Positions 63,174 through 64,000 of a DNA stretch of 64,000 nucleotides are shown piece after piece. The notes below the pieces were generated by a model. The model ran no database searches and had not been told where the DNA came from. It saw nothing but the letters and a program-made list of their open reading frames with translations. The DNA comes from a virus. A program made the position numbers and the translations under genes. The stretch lies in IMG/VR virus record IMGVR_UViG_3300043251_000023, positions 9,544 through 73,543 of that record. One strand, given 5' to 3'. Each line of letters starts with the position of its first letter. Positions within the stretch are counted from its first letter, which is position 1.

Positions 63174-63319
63174 GGGCCCACCACCAGCAAGACGGCCGCG
63201 ACGTAAGGTGCGACCGATGCGATAATTGCGAGCGTGCCGCCAGCGAGGGCGGCGGTGACGAAGAACGCCAAGTCGGTAGAGGATGATCGTGGCGCTCGGC
63301 GGAAGCCTTGGGGGATCAT
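63170..63319 (-). CDS. small membrane protein (49 aa)
   Basis: GGAGG SD; hydrophobic C-terminal half. Confidence 0.5.
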   Translation of the reverse strand: MIPQGFRRAPRSSSTDLAFFVTAALAGGTLAIIASVAPYVAAVLLVVGP

Positions 63320-63322
63320 GAC

Positions 63323-63565
63323 TCAGCCCTCCGCAAGAAGTTTAACGGCGGCGGCTCGGCTGATGCCTTTGGAGTATTGTTCGCCGACCGGAACGAGATG
63401 CCACGTAGTGCGATAGTGTCCGGCTATAATCGAGCGGCCAGCGACGCGCTTAACCGAGCAAATCAATTCCGCACCGCTCGCAACGACGTGGCGCGCGGCG
63501 CCGTAATGTGTCTTGCGGGCGGCCATGTCGGCAACGGCGGCTTGGTAAAGATTGGTGGTGGTCAT
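63323..63565 (-). CDS. hypothetical protein, first gene of the leftward operon
   Basis: GGAG SD. Confidence 0.65.
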   Translation of the reverse strand: MTTTNLYQAAVADMAARKTHYGAARHVVASGAELICSVKRVAGRSIIAGHYRTTWHLVPVGEQYSKGISRAAAVKLLAEG

Positions 63566-63604
63566 CTGGCTCTCCATCGTCCCTCGTGGGATCGAAGCAT
63601 TCCG

Positions 63605-63633
63605 ACTCTAGGGGATTTTTAGCCCGCCGTCCA
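63605..63633 (-). promoter_or_regulatory. leftward early promoter with operator in the spacer
   Basis: Minus strand TGGACG-17 nt-TAGAGT; spacer contains GGGCTAAAAATCCC. Confidence 0.55.
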
Positions 63634-63676
63634 GCCCTTCTTGCCCTTTCCGTCGCCACTGTGCTATTTCTGGCAC

Positions 63677-63964
63677 ATGATAGTGGAGACCATGACCGCC
63701 AACCTCGTCCTGATCGCCCGGGCCTACGCCAAGGGGAAGCGGACGACCCTCGCCGCCGTTGCCCGCAAGTTCTACGGAAATCCCCGGCTTTTCGATGAAT
63801 TACAGACCCGGAGGAAGCCGACGGAGGATGACCCCCGAAGGTGGGAGCGGTCGATCTCCGTGCAGAAGTACGAGGAGATTGTCGAGGCCATGCGGGCGGA
63901 CTGGCCGGAGGGTGCCTTGTGGCCGCTTACGCGCGCGGTAATCATCGAACGCTTTGCCCGCTGA
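63677..63964 (+). CDS. Cro/repressor-like HTH protein
   Basis: TLAAVARKFYGNPRLFDEL...WPEGALWP; divergent from the recombination operon. Confidence 0.75.
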   Translation: MIVETMTANLVLIARAYAKGKRTTLAAVARKFYGNPRLFDELQTRRKPTEDDPRRWERSISVQKYEEIVEAMRADWPEGALWPLTRAVIIERFAR

Positions 63965-64000
63965 GCCGAAAATATCCCCACCTGTTCTTGCCCGGACTCG

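Larger units (their letters stand above)
1..64000. mobile_element. Tailed phage/prophage genome segment (contractile tail, Bcep781/Aaphi23-like morphogenesis module); ends not in window
   Basis: Complete ordered head-tail-baseplate-lysis module plus ERF/YqaJ recombination operon; no host genes seen. Confidence 0.95.

Noticed and set aside
1-64000. CRISPR array, diversity-generating retroelement, retron or group II intron
   Set aside because: No regularly spaced repeat-spacer units, no reverse transcriptase motif (YxDD in RT context) and no template/variable repeat pair seen by eye.
1-64000. Integrase/att site and replication genes
   Set aside because: No tyrosine or serine recombinase, primase or helicase ORF recognised; probably outside the window, so the temperate lifestyle is only inferred.

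Overview
The window holds most of one temperate-type myophage genome (or prophage) from a high-GC alphaproteobacterial host, probably Hyphomicrobiales. I found no host housekeeping genes, integrase, replicase, CRISPR array or reverse transcriptase. Layout: (1) 1-10.4 kb is a plus-strand array of about 30 small accessory genes (MmcB-like nuclease, two DNA methyltransferases, ASCH, GNAT, TYW3-like). Many are bracketed by short chained direct repeats, and structured non-coding segments lie between them. (2) 10.9-50.7 kb is a Bcep781/Aaphi23-type morphogenesis operon: TerS, TerL, DUF1073 portal, MuF, NUDIX-DUF2213 protease/scaffold, capsid, DUF3383-type sheath, tube, frameshifted chaperone, tape measure with SLT domain, baseplate and fibres, with many inserted morons. 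(3) 50.7-56.3 kb is a lysis/envelope region that includes an outer-membrane beta-barrel. (4) 56.3-63.6 kb is a minus-strand recombination operon (ERF, YqaJ, NinB-like) facing a divergent HTH gene. The most striking observation is that the distal tail fibre, the tailspike and their downstream chaperone-like protein all carry Sec signal peptides and paired cysteines, and the two fibres end in ssrA-tag-like tails (ANDN...AA). This suggests a periplasm-exported, degron-controlled receptor-binding module. Other candidates are the repeat-linked cassette array, tRNA-like and long-stem RNAs, a recurrent TCAACAGGG leader motif, an ATT start for the tape measure and a putative virion glycosylation kit. 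All family calls come from recognising motifs by eye, not from database searches.
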